From contig JAIFWN010000005.1 in NCBI GenBank assembly GCA_019658995.1, positions 22,588-86,587 of the forward strand: a stretch of 64,000 bases of DNA, in the 5' to 3' direction. Of this stretch, positions 62,518 to 64,000 are shown in pieces (within the stretch, counting starts at the first letter, position 1; each line of letters starts with the position of its first letter). The translations under genes and the position numbers were made by a program. The notes under the pieces were generated by a model. The model had not been told where the DNA came from and did no database searches. It saw only the letters and a program-made list of their open reading frames with translations. Source of the DNA: Candidatus Parcubacteria bacterium (GTDB lineage: Bacteria; Patescibacteriota; Minisyncoccia; Phycocordibacterales; Zambryskibacteraceae).

Positions 62518-63250
62518 TTTTCATCAGGATTGCCGCTATTTCGTTCAATATCTGATCTTCTTTGCCGACGGCGTCGTTAATAGCGGCTATTCCGGCGAAG
62601 GCCGCGATAGAATCTCCGTTGGTATCGGTGATGGATTCCATACCTGCCGAAGTGGCAATGTAGTTGTTTATGAGCTCGGCGTGCTTCTGTGCCACTGAGG
62701 CCGGTACGGGAATACTTTTGAGTTTCTCTGACGCTTTCTTATAGGCGGAAGCGATTGCCTCAGTGAGAGAATATATATCGGCCGAGTCTGCTATTTTTAC
62801 GTAGGCTCTGTTTACTGTCTCTATTTTCTCGGTCTCGATCGCAGTTACGCTCTTATCATAAGCGGTTAAGCTTGCTTTTGAATCTGCCACGGTATTCAAA
62901 TCCATGAGACTTATCTTTGGCGTCTGGCTCAGGGCTGAGATTTTCTCGACGTATTGTGATGCAAGCGAGTCCAGATTATCCGGCGTGGCCTGGCCGGTCG
63001 AAGAGAGGTTTATATAGTCCAAAAGCAGCTGCCGGCTGACGAGATCAGTGGTCGAAAGGGGGTCGTTCTTTGCCCGGGAAATGCTCTCGTCGTACGAGAG
63101 GTCGGCTGAATCCGGTGTCGAGCCAGAAATAGAAGCCGGAGACTCGACGCTAACCAATACCGGCTGTGAAAGAGTACTTCGCCGTGTCCATGTCGCTCCA
63201 AAAATGAGTACTATGGAGAGAGAAAGAGCTAACAGAATGCGAAATCGCAT
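62507..63250 (-). CDS. secreted hypothetical protein
   Basis: 247 aa. Signal peptide MRFRILLALSLSIVLIFGA, then a helical Ala/Ser/Asp-rich sequence. Confidence 0.4.
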   Translation of the reverse strand: MRFRILLALSLSIVLIFGATWTRRSTLSQPVLVSVESPASISGSTPDSADLSYDESISRAKNDPLSTTDLVSRQLLLDYINLSSTGQATPDNLDSLASQYVEKISALSQTPKISLMDLNTVADSKASLTAYDKSVTAIETEKIETVNRAYVKIADSADIYSLTEAIASAYKKASEKLKSIPVPASVAQKHAELINNYIATSAGMESITDTNGDSIAAFAGIAAINDAVGKEDQILNEIAAILMKNGI

Positions 63251-63292
63251 ATTAACTCAAATTATAGCAAAGAATTGTTCAGCTTTTTGCCC

Positions 63293-64000
63293 CTATACAC
63301 ACAATTTCTCGGCCAATTTCTGCCAGGTCTCAGGGCTGACGTCTTCGGCTCGGGAGTTTTCGTTCAAACCTAGGAGTTCGAAGGTATTTAAGATCTCTAA
63401 TTTGGGGTAAATCTTGGCCAAATTGGAAGAAAGCTTCTTTCTTTTGCTCCCAAAGCCGGTCCGAAGGAGCTTAAAGAAGGCCACTTCGCTAAATTTTGCG
63501 AAAAAGTCTTTGGAAATGCCTTCAATAAGCAAAATGGCCGAATCTACCTTGGGTGCAGGGACAAATGAGCCGGCTTTGACGGTCTCGATGTACTTTGGCT
63601 TGCCGTAAACCTTTACAGAAATCGATAGGATGCTCTCTTTGGCGCCTTTGGCTACCACCCTTTCCGCCACTTCTTTCTGCACAAGGAGAACTATTCTCTC
63701 CGGCTGGTAGTCTGCCGACAAGAACTTCTCCAAAATCGCCCCGGTGATGTTGTAAGGAATGTTGGCAACCAGTTTGTAGGTGAAATCTCTGTAGAACTTC
63801 AAGAGATTCGGATCGAATTCAAGAATATCTCCGTGGACCAGGTCTAACTTTTTGGATTCGATCTCATTGGAAAATTTTTGCTTGAGCGATTCAAAAAGCT
63901 GGTCATCCTTCTCGACAGCTACGACTTTGCCAGCAAATGCCAGCAGGATTTTTGTAAGAACTCCTTCGCCGGGACCGATCTCAAGGACGATGTCATCCCC
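63293..64000 (-). CDS. ksgA: 16S rRNA (adenine1518/1519-N6)-dimethyltransferase KsgA/RsmA, truncated at the window end
   Basis: The track ORF gives the C-terminal part. Hand translation of 63803-64000 (minus strand) continues upstream with GDDIVLEIGPGEGVLTKIL...VAVEKD, the SAM-binding EIGPGxGxLT motif. Confidence 0.85.
   Translation of the reverse strand, partial: GDDIVLEIGPGEGVLTKILLAFAGKVVAVEKDDQLFESLKQKFSNEIESKKLDLVHGDILEFDPNLLKFYRDFTYKLVANIPYNITGAILEKFLSADYQPERIVLLVQKEVAERVVAKGAKESILSISVKVYGKPKYIETVKAGSFVPAPKVDSAILLIEGISKDFFAKFSEVAFFKLLRTGFGSKRKKLSSNLAKIYPKLEILNTFELLGLNENSRAEDVSPETWQKLAEKLCV

Noticed and set aside
1-64000. Possible TGA recoding (code 25, as in some Patescibacteria), suggested by the ATG-TGA-TAA end of argS and the in-frame TGA upstream of ileS
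   Set aside because: Many long ORFs in the window (polA, ileS, dnaA, pilB, PBP1A) are full length with standard-code translation. Several end in TGA at the expected C-terminal residues, and TGA-terminated ORFs do not run on into conserved sequence. Standard code 11 fits.

Overview
This is a 64 kb chromosomal window of roughly 48% GC, on both strands. Protein calls come from reading the six-frame ORF track for motifs by eye. tRNAs, terminators, repeats and the rpmH gene were found by reading the nucleotide sequence directly. No database search or HMM was run. The content looks like a small-genome, Candidate Phyla Radiation / Patescibacteria-type bacterium. Supporting signs are compact overlapping genes, pilMNO without a secretin, a DUF5652-like mini-protein, a chromosomal VirB4/VirB6 cluster, and rplK ending in a terminator with no rplA. 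That assignment is inferred, not demonstrated. Housekeeping content includes five aminoacyl-tRNA synthetases (glyQS, ileS, argS, tyrS, and a truncated M16 peptidase at the left edge), ribosomal genes (rplK, rplS, rpsT, rpmH), secE-nusG, polA, dnaA-dnaN with a DnaA-box-bearing oriC candidate, rpmH-rnpA-yidC, ruvA, ruvB, yebC, ruvC, ruvX, mutM, recO-like, tsaE, PBP1A, a MurE-like ligase, and ksgA cut off at the right edge. There are nine tRNA genes (His, Leu-GAG, Leu-CAG, Val, Arg-TCT, Ser, Arg-GCG, Lys). A thyA / DHFR / dCMP-deaminase / nucleotidyltransferase cluster has DHFR fused to a HIT hydrolase domain. Also present are type IV pilus genes (pilM, pilN, pilO, pilB), a 1282-aa repeat-rich surface protein, and a 10 kb type IV secretion-like locus (VirB2-like pilin, VirB3-like, VirB4, VirB6-like, secreted Cys-rich proteins). 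Structural oddities seen directly in the sequence are listed here. There is a perfect 89-bp tandem duplication that breaks ruvB. VirB4 is split at an A6 homopolymer. There is a GC-rich roughly 570 bp stretch with a perfect 22-nt palindrome and no recognisable gene. Several GC-rich ORFs of unknown function sit beside tRNA genes. No CRISPR array, rRNA, transposase or integrase was seen.
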